DNA of 64,000 bases from Takakia lepidozioides (taxonomy: Eukaryota; Plantae; Bryophyta): positions 36,394,001 to 36,458,000 of the forward strand of contig CM060734.1 in assembly GCA_030704615.1 (NCBI GenBank), read 5' to 3'. The notes below the pieces were generated by a model. That model was given only the letters and a program-made list of their open reading frames with translations. It was not told where the DNA came from and made no database searches. Shown piece after piece: positions 11,895 through 24,375 of the stretch (positions are counted from its first letter, which is position 1; each line of letters begins with the position of its first letter). The position numbers and the translations under genes were made by a program.

Positions 11895-13981
11895 TCATAC
11901 GAAGAAGTCAGCAAAGATTGAAAGTGGAATTCTGGTCAGGCGTTTGGTAATTGCAAATCGGCGCCGATTTGTCGCGGCCGGAATCACAAATTCTGGCAAT
12001 GCACTGGGTAGTCATACTTTCCGTCAATGACTGGTAATGCCCGACTATCATCACTTCGCATTTGTGTGTGTCGCTCGTTGCAACCATTATCTTCTTACTG
12101 TCTCAGCTGCACAGTGCACACATTTCATTGTCAGAGACACAGAGGAGCAAGACTATTGCGATTATTTCTTTCTATTGTGACATTTTGCCGTCATGGACAA
12201 GGGCCAGGGTTCCCGTCATGGAGAGAGCGAGCTGCTGAGGGATGAGCTCCTGCCATAGTCGGCGCCGATTCAAGTGCTAGCATTGCCCATTCTTTAGCTG
12301 GTAATACGTCTGGCCGACATTACTTCACCATTCCAGCATATATACTAGAGGATTGCTCTGCAAGACACGAAGCACTCCATGCATCTATAGGCCCGCACAT
12401 CGATGCGTCATCTGATTCCTCGCCCTCGGCCGATTGGAAGAAGGGGTTGAAGTTGACGATGACGTTAACGAGATGGACGTCGACGACTTTGATCCGCATT
12501 GGACTGGTTTGTCATTGGATTTCATTTCCATGGCTTTTCCGGAATGCCCATTCACGCAATTCACAAAAATAAGCAGACAAATTAGTGCAAGATGAAACCA
12601 ACTCACATCAGTCTAGTCATGAGCTGTGAGCCAACAATAAGCACTTGCTGGCAGTGTCACAAACTCGCGAAAGCTATAATATTTAAGAATTTTGTGGGCA
12701 ATTTGGACCTGTCACCCTTTTGACCGGTCATGTGCTACTGTGGGAAACCGTCACAATATCTATCTTAGCTCATCATGTGTACTGTCGACTCAGCCCCTTA
12801 ATCCATATGTGTCTCTAAGATGTCTCTCCACCTATCGAGACAAAGAAAAAGTCCAAAGAGGGGAGTTACCTGTCTGCCCCAGAAAGAAGAGCTTGGGCAG
12901 TCCACTTACCTAGCTTGTTGGCGTTGTTCTTAAGCTCTATGGCGAGAACCTGCATACATAAAGAAAGAAAAATAGATCATATAAAATGCAAATCAAATGA
13001 TGGAGTACACTTAGACCATAAGATGGCAAACTATATTAAGAACGTAAGAATCTTTTCATGCTTCGACAAATTTGCACACCCCACCATGTATGTCTAGATG
13101 GTTGTTGCAAATGTAGGCAGTCTTCAGATTCCCATTTAGTTTTCTTAGTGCCACCAACAGAGTTACAAACTTTCTCAGTCCCAAAAACAATCGTGCATTG
13201 ATGCCATGCAAAAAATAAGCAGTGTTGTGTGTACAGTTGGTTGGAATAGAAGCCGACGACAAATATTCTAGGGCGCATTGTGTACATGGCCACTAAAGTG
13301 GCTCTATCATGTTTGCGTCATCATAACCATCACCAGTCACATAGTACACCATCATGTACCATTAGGAGATGATGATCGGCACACGGCGCATTTGTACTTC
13401 ATGTATGGCTGCTTTAGTTAAGGACCAGCTCCTTCCTAGTTTTTTGTATTCTAACTCGGCGCTATCCCAGTCACCAAGAACCTCACACTTCTCTTGGATG
13501 AAACCTGTGTTTCAAAGTACAATTCCTGAGAGGGCAAATCACATGAACATGAGTCATTATGTAAATCCACACTGTGCATGACTGCTGATAAGTAAACATT
13601 TGCACTTTCTGGATGGCTGGCAATGGAAAACAGGTTGAGCACCCAGTGACAGAGATGATATATTCTGTTGACCTTACTGACAAACAGATTCGGGTGGCCT
13701 TAGGGAAGAGGCTTCAATACACTCAGGTATATGTTGCTTCCAACAAAATGCTTAGGAAGATAGATGCTCCTTTGACTGTAGTGTAGGCACCTGGCCTGAT
13801 CTCAAAACTAGTTATAATCATTTGTGGGCACATAGTTATTAATTGTTGGCAGTGTTGTCTCCTCAGCTGATATGTGTGTGTGATGTAGCACTGATTGTGC
13901 TCCTAACTTTTGATTGGTTTTGTAGGGCGGCTTGCATGACAGTCATCATCGGATTCACTGTCCAGACTCATTGGTTTATTC

Positions 13982-15036
13982 CAGTGTTGGGCGGGTATAT
14001 AAATTACCCTGATATACCCGGCGGGTATATCAGGGTATATTGATATATATATACCCTGGTGTGGCAAGTTTAGGTACCCGGATGTATACCCTTATATCAG
14101 GGTATATTTTTATGATATACCCTTATCCTTATATTTACCCTGCATCAAGACGCTCAATATACCCTACTTTTCTAAATGGTATATGTTAAAATGAAGGGTA
14201 GATCTAATCAGGGTATATAAGGGCCTTTATGTGCCTTCATAGCCTTTGTGTGCTAGGTCTTTTCTCTTTTTGTTGTGTTGTTAGGGAGCCTTGAGCTATA
14301 AGAAATCTCCAATCACAACTAAAACAAATGCTACATATATATCATTCCTAGAATGTCATATAATCCAAACAATACCTCTTCAGATCTCGCCTATATATAT
14401 ATATATATATATAAGGGAACCCGCCCACAATTTAGGTCCTTCAGGAGGGATTTTTTAATTTTTTAATTTTTTTATAGGAAACCTGGGAGCTATAGCCCAC
14501 AATTCAGGCCCTTGAGGAGGGGGAAAGATTAACCCCCTTTCATTTATGGACAATGAGACCTACAGGACGATCAACGCCCAGACGTACCGTTACGAACAAT
14601 CCCACACACGGGGCAAGGCCCGCTACTAGCTGAGCTACCACCCAATGTGTTTTTTTTAGTCTCAAACCTCCTCTGGAAATTAACACCAAAATATTATGCA
14701 ATATCTTATCAATTTTCTCTTTTACTCTAAATTGTTTTTTTTTGTGTTTTGTACATATTGAAGAACATCATATATTCTTTAGAACCATTAAATTATATAT
14801 TAATTGAAATAACTATCCATACCCGGAAACTATTCATACCCTTAGGGTATATTTTGGCATATATATCCATACCCGGGGTTATATAGAAATCTGAAAAGTT
14901 AATTTATCCATTACCCGGAGGGTAAATAATTTTTTGAGATTTCGATTTATCCATACCCGGAGGGTAAATGATTTGACAAAAATAATTTATTTATACCCTA
15001 AGGGTATATTGAAATCAATATACCTGCACAACACTG
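13982..15036. mobile_element. Non-autonomous hAT element
   Basis: 19-bp TIRs CAGTGTTGGGCGGGTATAT / ATATACCTGCACAACACTG (2 mismatches). 8-bp TSD GTTTATTC (13974-13981) versus GTCTATTC (15037-15044). ATACCC/GGGTAT subterminal repeats. Confidence 0.9.
14465..14646 (-). mobile_element. tRNA-derived SINE (family A) nested in the hAT element
   Basis: Minus-strand head GGGTGGTAGCTCAGCTAGTAGCG (A-box-like) and an A-rich tail. The 3' body is shared with 40770-40842 (+) and with a short copy at 14413-14452. Confidence 0.7.
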
Positions 15037-15212
15037 GTCTATTCTGTCCCACCAACTTCTATCTTAGATAAGAAAATGGACTGGGCTACTGAGAGAGAGA
15101 CCATTCCCTTGGGAGACATTCAATGTGCAGTTGTAGATGCACTACTGATCACATGAGGCACAAAACGAAGCACTCTGGCTAGCACAAACGTGAAACATGG
15201 CTGTGAGTGGCA

Positions 15213-15981
15213 GGGTAGTTGTAGGCTACGGTGGACCAAAAACTGCGTAACATGGCAGTTTCTCCTCCATTCATGGTACCTTTGATAGTAAAATCACAAC
15301 TCAATATTTCATACAAGTTTATACAGTCTAAGATTTGTTACTACAGTAGAGACATACTCCAATTTTTTTTATTGTAAAAAAGATCATTTATGAAACAACT
15401 ATGGACTCATAGAGTTGAATCTTATGGACTGCAGTGTTACACATGAAAAACCATATGGACTAAAAAAACATCATATACACCTAAGTAATAGCAAAAAGAA
15501 AAACACATCAGGGTGCCATTTCCTTAAAGCTACCCAAATGAACTTTTATATGGACTAAAAACATCAAGGAATGAGATGTATGGACTAATTTATACTAAAA
15601 CACTGGGCCAAACTGGGCCAATTTTCCTTAATGTACATCATCCTCATTTAGAGGCTTTTGGGATATCATCATTACTAAAAAGGTGTAAAACCCATAATCT
15701 AGAGGTACCAAGCGATATATGGAAAAAATAAAAAAATAAAAAATCTCTAATTATTAGAAATAAAAAATAAGTTTCTATTTTTTAGAATTAAATACTAAAA
15801 TTTCTAATAAAAAAAATTCTAATCTATTTGGGGTGGGAACTTTTATTAAAATTATTAAATATATCATATCTATCATCTAAAATTAAATATTTGGATAAAT
15901 TTCCTCAATTTGAGGTACCTATATGGACTTTCATGGAGGAAAAATCTGCCTCTTTTGGTCCACCGTACCCTGCAACTGCCC
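15213..15981. mobile_element. MITE with GGG termini and an apparent 4-bp TSD
   Basis: TIR GGGTAGTTGTAGGCTACGGTGGACCAAAA versus reverse complement GGGCAGTTGCAGGGTACGGTGGACCAAAA. GGCA flanks both sides (15209-15212, 15982-15985). Internal TATGGACT repeats. Confidence 0.8.
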
Positions 15982-16059
15982 GGCAATGCAGCACGAGGGG
16001 CAACAAACAAACATGCATAATCAAAACTTATAAGTTTGTGGACGGAGGATAACTGGTGA

Positions 16060-16290
16060 AAAAGATAATTATCTGTTGTAAGTCAGTTAAGCTTATTGCA
16101 TACACAAGATAACGTCTGATGGTAGAGGAGTCTCGCTGGATGAGACACAAAGGGATGTGTTCGTTTCAACCAAAACTGCTCACACATGGGTTGCCACAGT
16201 GCATCAGCTATGATCTCAGCTTGCCAGTGTGTACAAACTGCTGCACTTTGTGCCAGGCTGTATGCATCCAACCGCCCCAAGATATGGACT
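16060..16290 (-). pseudogene. F-box protein exon, frameshifted
   Basis: VHILGRLDAYSLAQSAAVCTHWQ...DALWQPMCEQFW is an F-box pattern after a TTGCAAG-type acceptor region. The plausible continuation HIPLCLIQ...YAISLTD lies in a different frame. Confidence 0.55.
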
Positions 16291-18419
16291 TGCAATCAAT
16301 ACACTAAGTACCCCACCAGAAAAGGAACGCATCTAATGTATAGAGAAGACATGCCCATTTATTTACAAAGTAGATTGGTAATTTGAAAGAAATGAGTTAG
16401 ATGTTCCATAAACAGAATGTTTACCCCTCATTTTAACCATTCTAAAGCCAGGAAATCTCTAAATCTTGAACAATAAGTATCTAGTTCTGAGGTCACATCT
16501 CCTACCTCACCACTGCCAGCAAATCAAAACCCTGTCACCTCAGACTGAAAGACTGTCCGAGAGTATGATGTGCTGCATTGCGGACAACAGATCTTTTTAT
16601 ATATCCCATAGTAAGAAGACCTTATACATCCTCCAGTAAATGCACTGAGTTTGAACACACTGACTTATAAGATCAACTAGAGAAGGAAACCTCCAGTAGA
16701 GACATAACCCCATAATGAGCACTCAGCTGAATCAAAAGTGACACTTGCATGCACTTTAAAAGTTGAGATGCGGTGCACACTGCCAGTGAAGAAACGACAT
16801 GTAAAGAAATAGACTATGAACTATGTAGTCAACACACAACAAACAAAAATGAGGAAACTTGGGGCATACTCGCAGATCGCAACTGTCTTGATTACCACGA
16901 GATCATAACGGTCAATGAAGGGCAGAATTATTATATTCCCATCGTAATCTACCTCCCCTTTCAACTGTACATCAATGTCCTTGTTTGCATGCTGAAGTCA
17001 AACACAATATCACATGACATGTTTAAAAGCTGTGAGAGTCAGACTCAGGCCTTGCTAATTTCATGGATCTCAATTACTGCGCTGTCTCACATGTAAATGC
17101 CTGCCTTGCACATGATCTTGTTATCACACAAAGCTTATCACACATTTGATGTACCCTCATCGAAATCATTGTTGCTCTTTGTCCCCCTGGATTGCATTGA
17201 TTACAAGAGCTTCATGGGAAAATGATTGGGTATGGTGTACCCTTGAGGGCATAGTCCTTGCGGATGTACTACTGTTCCCAAGGCTGTGGTATGGTAGGTC
17301 GTTTATCCCACCAGGCGACACAGCTCAGCCATTACTGCCATAGTTCTGAGATGGGAGAGAAAGTAAAAGAGCAGAGGAGGTCCACCACCATCCCAAAAGG
17401 CATGCTCCAGTAATTTCAATAGAATTTGATTCTGGCTTCCAAAATTTTACCAAAACAGTCTGTCCCTAAATCTGTCCAAACTCAGGAGTTAAAGAGAACG
17501 TACTCATTGGACTTTGTTTTCGGTAGCCTTGTTTGTGGCCATAGACCCCACGCCCAGTGATGGAACAGACACTACCTTCGTGAAGTAGTATTCATTGACA
17601 ATGTCCATCTACATCTGCCATCCTTTATCTCAACCAACGGCAAAAAAAAAACCAAATGGAGTCACAGCCATGTATATTAACCATCTCAAACAGCTCCTTA
17701 TCATTTTCTTCAAATGGTAGCTACAGCGAGCTACATGAGACAACAACACAGCACCTCAGGCCATGTTGGGTCTCACTTCATGGTAATAGAACGATGATAT
17801 TTCAGCCTATCAACCAACCTGTAACTGTTGCTGCAAGGATGTAAATAGAAACCACACATGCACGACCAATCACCAATACACAACCCTTAGTCAAGAGTTT
17901 GCAGACTTGGCGCAAGAAACTCCACAAGGTTTCACAAAAACGAGCTTTGCCCCAACGTGTGACCAACGTTGAGATCAAAATGAAATTGATGTGTGTCTTT
18001 GTTGGGCATAGCTAGTCTCCCATGCAGAACCCCACAATGCATCAAGCGGGTCAGAACCCAGATGCACCAATGCAAAGTACAAGGCTGGAAGTTAGAAAAA
18101 CTGCTCACTTGTTACTATGAATTGTTGTCTATAAATATTGCAGTTGCCCAGCCAACAACTGCACTTGTCATTGGACATTCGACATGTGAGTTCCAGGTCT
18201 GCTGCCCTAAGATGCAATGTTTCAGCACGGCTATGATATTTCCACTCTCGCTAACGTACTGCTGAACACGACATGATATAGATGACGAACCGTAGATATC
18301 TCACTGACCTGCTCTATCGTTCTGTCTTCTCACCATCCCTCCTTCCTAGACAAACCATTACTGGAAACAAGAGACCATACATCAAATGAACACACTTAGC
18401 TGGCTAACTAGACTAGGGG

Positions 18420-18710
18420 CGAACGCTCACAAACAAAATTTCCTTTATCCCACAATCATTCTGTAGGTATTTTCAAATGCTGAAAACTTCATGGCACCCA
18501 TTTTTGCACCACAGTTTTACCGAAGGAATGCATGACCCGGGAAGGAGGGGTTCATTTGAGGAAGGTGTTATCTGGGGGAAGGCGTAACAGGGAGTTGACA
18601 TTTTTTTGACACTGATGGATAGTCTCCTCTTTAGGGAGGAACCAATAAAGTTGTCCAAAGGCCTCAGTCCCCTGTTCTTAAAAAAAAAGAAAAAAAGAAA
18701 AAAGAAAAAA
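18420..18710 (+). mobile_element. 3' remnant of a poly(A)-tailed non-LTR retroelement
   Basis: AATAAA at 18644, then ...CAGTCCCCTGTTCTT and an A-tail at 18680-18710. The 5' boundary is approximate. Confidence 0.6.
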
Positions 18711-20849
18711 TATACTTGCAAAACATCATATGGAGGTGCAACTAGCCATAGGTGTCTCTCAAAAACAACCTCCATCTCAAGTCTAAAAACGCTAGTCTCA
18801 CTTTAATATTACCTTATGATCCTATGATTGGTTATGTTTTAGGATATACTCTTATCTTAACTTAAGCTTAATTATGGAGCTTATCTCAAGCTAGCTCAAG
18901 AAAATGTGGTAGCCTTTATGGTGCACTTAACATTATTAAGGGAAAATTAATGAAGAGGGGAGTAAACATTTGTTAACAAATAACACTTAACATTTACTAC
19001 TATGCACAAGTATAAGAGATAAAAAATTTCTTAACCTTTATGGTAGTTTATATAGAGGTAACATTTATCCAGGGCAGACTGCACCAGCTTCCTATTGAAG
19101 TCCTGTGATAGAGGGATAGGTTTTGAAAGAATGCATGGCAGATAAGTACCTAGTGAGTCGAGTGATCAGCCCCGGACCTACTAGTAATGACAGGTAATTT
19201 GTACATTTCTTTTGATAGGCACTTCAATGTTTTATGATTGCCTTTCAAATCTGCTGTCACAGTTGCAATAATCAGCCTTCACTTGTCTGTCCGAGCCTTG
19301 GAAAAGCGGGTCGCAAGCCGCAACACTCACCACCAGTGACCATGCCCAAGTATCCGCCACCTTCGCATCTGAGCGAGGCTCACGCTCTGCAGCCACCCCG
19401 GGCCGTCCCGGTGGGGTCGGTAAGAGTCTACGATAGCAACACGCCTCGGGCTATTTGTAATCTACTCATGCAAGGTCTCCCCTATAGAGCCCTTGGCCAG
19501 GGGACACATTAATGTGGGATCCTTATTAATGGCTCCTTATGTGGCCCAGCATTAAATTCACTCGAGCATCCATGAAGCCCCATGCCATGCTATGGCCGCC
19601 ATAGCATGTCTCCATGCTCCCCATCCGCCATGCATGCACGCCCTATGCTCCATGCCTGCTTCATTCATCCCATGCCCTCATCAACCCAAGGTTAGTTTAG
19701 ATTAATCATGCCTGGTCAAATGCCCGAATTAGCATAACAAGTAGGATTAGCCTTCAACCCTCATTTGTCTTCTTCACTAGCTGGTTTTTTCAATCTCTTC
19801 AGTAGAGGCTTCAACATGTTTTCTTCCTCCATAGTTTCAATTGAAAGGTGGATCTAAAGTAAGATGGAGGAGCCGGCTATGCATGTTCAGAACCCTGTCA
19901 AAAGTCCACTTGATGCAAATGACCTTTTATGGCTGCCACAAGTCATTGTATGTGGACAAGGATATGAATGCAAGAGAGAAGTGGCATGGATTCCCTTGGC
20001 GAGGGTTGATGAGTTTTTACAAGGAGAGAGCAACAATGAGTTTGCACCCACAACATTCAAGATTATAAAGAGTGTTCCATGTTCAATTGGATCAAAGCTT
20101 ACACTTGACAGTCATCTTGGCATCAAATGGTGAGTATATATTACACTACTAGTTATTTTCTGTAGCATGCATATATGTTGATTTCAGCTTTTGAACAACC
20201 CTAATATGTGTAACATCGTTAGGGTTGTTTATCCTTGTTATTTCAATTTCTAAGTGTCATTGTTAGGGTTGCATTGGATATCAATGCATTGCTTCTTTTT
20301 GTTAATTTCAGTTTTTACATATGGATGCTAATGTCTGTGACAGTGTCAGGGTTCCTATGGAACTTGTTGTTTCAGTCTTAATATAACAATCTGTCAATCT
20401 TAATAGTCAACATTGTTAGGGTTCTGTTTGAAATCCAAATTGTAGTTTCTTCTAGTGGGTTTAGCTTAGGCATTACTACCAAGACAGAGTGGCAGATGAA
20501 ACCAAAATACCTATTTACTTTTATGATTCAAATTTCAGGAGTACTTAGGGTCTTACCCCCGACGTCGCAATCATGGTAGCCGAGAACAATGGAGCCTGAC
20601 ACACAGATGTAGCTGCCCCCAGCAGCACACTAGCTGTAGCATTGGCAGCACTAAGTAGTGTGTGCTGCCCGTGTAGCTCTCCCCAATAGCATAGTAACCT
20701 CCGTCTCGGTAACAGTCGGGCGAGAACTAGGTGACATGGATGACGTCGACACTGTCTCCGCCAATGTGAATGATTGAGGAAGCCTGGCCTCACGACTTGC
20801 CTCCCTTCGTTGTGAATCCAACTCCACCTGTGCACCTTGTGACTAAGGA

Positions 20850-21650
20850 ACCACAATCAAGACGTCTAAGTATTCAAGCCTTCAACTCTTCAGATATCCA
20901 AGGTGCGAATTGAAACTTCCGGTAAAGAGAATCGGGATCAAGCATACCGTAACAAACTTGCCCATTGCGGTCAATATGCAATCTTTGATAATACGTCAAT
21001 TCAACCACATCTTGATGGAGAAATAATCTTTTGATAGAGAATTTACATACACATCCTCGTTTTTTGGTTTCTTCATGGGCTTTCCGATTTCGTCTACTTC
21101 CCGGTATTTTTTTTGGGTTTTGAAGTAGTGACGATACTCCGCTGAAGCATATTTGGACGGTCATCTTGTAGGCCCCGAGCGCAATGATACCTACAAATGC
21201 AGTAGATGAAAATCATAAACCATATTTGTTGCAAACATCAATCCCACCGATATAGATAGTCCAAATGAATTGTTGTTGCGTTATGATCTGCACCCAAAAT
21301 GACAGGCTAAACAACCATTTTGATTTCAACCATAGTCCAAATAATAAGCATTAAAATATAACACTATTACCCGATATCTTAGTATGATAGCATAAATCAT
21401 AATTTTGGTTTAGGTGCAACCCTAACAATGACCAAGATTAGGGTCATCGTTTCGAAACTGAAATCATTCAACAAAATATAATTTTGGTTTCAAATGCAAT
21501 CCTAAAAAGTTCACAAATATTAGGTAAAGACTGATAGAATGAGAATATTACAACCCTAACAACCACAACCCTAATGCTCTTATTTAGATAAACACTCCAA
21601 ATTTAGACAAACACTAACACATTCGAATGAAACTACTATTGTTGTTTCAT
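20850..21650 (-). other. Inverted internal segment of the MULE transposase (exon 2 plus part of intron 1)
   Basis: Plus-strand exon 1 ends ...ATCAAATG|GTGAG (phase 2). The minus-strand acceptor TTTGTAG|GTATCATTGC at about 21190 completes W-Y-H-C and continues KRGCVCKFSIKRL...APWISEELK. The plus strand resumes SPRQIFNEHKK at about 21657. Confidence 0.8.
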
Positions 21651-23282
21651 CCTCAATCTCCAAGGCAAATCTTCAATGAGCACAAGAAAAAATTGGCGGA
21701 ACAGAAATGATCTCGGCGAAACGGCGATGAGATATGATTTCTTGAAAAGAAAGATATTAGAAACATAGCTGCGAGATTTGCCGAGGAGTCTTTCAAACGA
21801 GCTTTATGATCCGGCTGAAAGTGTCAGACTTTGGATATTAGAACATCCAGAGTTTGTATTCTTCTATTAAGAACATGATACCACAGGCTCGAATGACGGC
21901 TTACCTTTCACTCTTGGCATCCAAACGCCATATCAGGAAAAAAAATAAAATATTGGAGAGAGGTCATGGAGGTGCTATTTCTTGCGATGCTACGTTTGGA
22001 ACAAATGACCAAAAATTTCAATTATTTACGTTGATTGTTTTTGACAAACATTACAATGGTATTCCTGTTGCTTGGACTATTTCAAGTCAAGCAAAAGGAT
22101 GCGATTTGCAACAATGGATGAATGCACTTCGTGACCAATTGCTTCAAACCAAATCTGATTGATTGCCTTCATCATTCATAGTGGATGACGTCAATGCAGA
22201 AATCAATGCTATCAGGTTATAATATCTCTCTGTCTCTGTCTCCCCCCCCCCCTCCCCTCTCAAATACTTAATAGTACTTACACTACAAGTATGTAATTTC
22301 AAATATATAAACAACAATATTGGTTTTGTGTAAACAAATATATTGGTTTCATATAAACTAACATATTGGTTTCTTGGAAAAAAACAACAAGTTTGGTTTT
22401 AGATCAGTAGCTTAACATTCTTTGTTGCATTAGAAACTGATCAAAATGGTTTCAATAATTATCACAATCATGTACTCTGAAGTTGATGGATTTATCGCAG
22501 GGCTGTTTGGGGTGAGTGCATGCCAATCTTTTTATATCTCTGGCATGTCCGCAAGGCATGGAAAAAAAAATGCAGCAAGTAAGCTTGGGGATCATGACAT
22601 TCGAAGTCAGATATTGGAAGGGTTTGGGAAAGTTACATATCTGTCTTCTAAGATTAATGAAAGCAATTGCGATATTGAGGCACGTGCACTGGAAATGGTC
22701 AATACTTTGTTCAACCAATTCCAAGGGAAAGACAAATTTGAGGACTATTTCCGCAAGATTTGGTTGTAAAAGATAGGTACAATTTAAGTTACATTCAATT
22801 TTCTTTATTCTCATTCTCATTGTAAGTTACAACTGAAGCGTGATTTTTGTTTACATGTTTTCATCTCTGTTTTCATCAATGTAACGTTCATGACTGGAAA
22901 CTTAATTTTGAGTTTCAGTTTGTACTTCTTTTATTTATCAGTAAAAATTATAGATTTCTGTTTATGGTTTCTATTTGTATTTCATTTTATTATCATTATA
23001 AGATGTTCATCTGAAATATGTATTCTGATTTTATCATGTATTCCATGTTGTAATCATTTGCAGGAATGTGGGTGACTGGTGCACAAAAGGTACTGCATAT
23101 AGGTCAAGAGACGAATGTAGCAATTGAAGCATATCATGGCAACTTGAAGACTAGGCTGTCCAAGTAAAAAAAAACTCTTCGAGGTCGAAGAGTGGACTGG
23201 CTTGTCAATGAGCTTGTGGGAGATGTCATCCTACACTACTCATATATGGATAACATGAAAACTTTCGGCTTCATGAACAATC

Positions 23283-24375
23283 CCAAAGCCGAGGGTTTGG
23301 TGGAATCGATGATAGTCCGAGAGTTTGGGTATGCGGTGAGGAGTAGGAGGAGGAGGGGGCTGATGTGACGCAGGGGAGAGTGTCAATGGTATCAATATCC
23401 TCGGCATGAGATGATTTAAGCATTTGTAGAATAGAAGGGGCATGGGCGGTACGAAAAGCAGGGAGTAGATCCTACGGACTGTGGGGGAAAAGAAGACATG
23501 GTAGGTCACATTCAAGGGTACATGAGGCCGATGGGTGGTAAAATAGGGTACGGAGGTGGTTAAGGAATCTGCAGGTTTTGGCAGTGGCTCGTGAGTGTTT
23601 AAGGGTGAATTCTATGGGGGTCAAGAGGCGGTTATTGGTGGCGGTGATGAGCTGGGTGAGGGTCGTGATGTGTCGTCCTTTGAAATATTTGATGATAAGT
23701 ATCTTTTGGCGGGGAAACTTGCGTTCAAATTGGGAGAGGAAATGGCTAGTATGCCAGGCCTATTCGAGGGGAGACATGGATTTGGGGTAATCTGGGAGAT
23801 CGGTTTGCACACTGGTTTTCATCTGGCGGAGTATGAATAAGGAGTGGGTGGTAGGGGAATGGAGACAAGACTGTGAGTGGAGGAAAGGTAGTGAGTGAAG
23901 TCCGTTATACTTAGAGGCAAAGTGTTTAAGTAGCCCACGGTAGATGAGACCTAGACGGCTTGGGTCGTTGAGGGCTTCGAGTAATTGGGGCCAAGAGTGC
24001 GCGAATATGATATTATTAAGGGACTAGTACCGATGCCAAAGCTGTCCGTGGGGTTTTGAGTGAAAGCATTGGGAGTGCTAGTTGGGAGACTGCAAATGCG
24101 CTTAGTGAGTTGGATAATTTGTCTGTCGATTTGGATGATGTCAAGGAGGGAGAATGGAGCCGTATGTAAGGAGTATTGGACTTGTGGTTTTAGGACGGAT
24201 TTTATGAGAGAGAGTTTGGGCCTGATGGCTATAGGGGCTTTGAGGAGAGCCAGACTTTTATTAGTTAGTTTGGTGAGTGTAACGATTTTTTGTACGTGCC
24301 ATGTGAGCGAGGGGACAAGTTGAATACCTAAGTATGTGTAGGGTTCATCGGGGCCTAGGAAGGGCTGCATTTACT
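23283..24375 (-). mobile_element. Non-LTR retrotransposon fragment (RT C-terminal/thumb region) inserted in the MULE
   Basis: EPYTYLGIQL...LIKSVLKPQVQYSL...TKRICSLPTSTPNAF...FGIG, then ALNDPSRLG in a shifted frame. Resembles early-branching non-LTR clades. Confidence 0.8.

Noticed and set aside
12190-13950. Possible decayed TE accessory gene (protease- or PHD-like traces)
   Set aside because: Too many stops, and the motifs are too weak to support a call.
20190-21580. Interstitial telomere (AACCCTAA/TTAGGGTT motifs)
   Set aside because: The motifs are scattered single copies within MULE intron sequence, not a tandem array.
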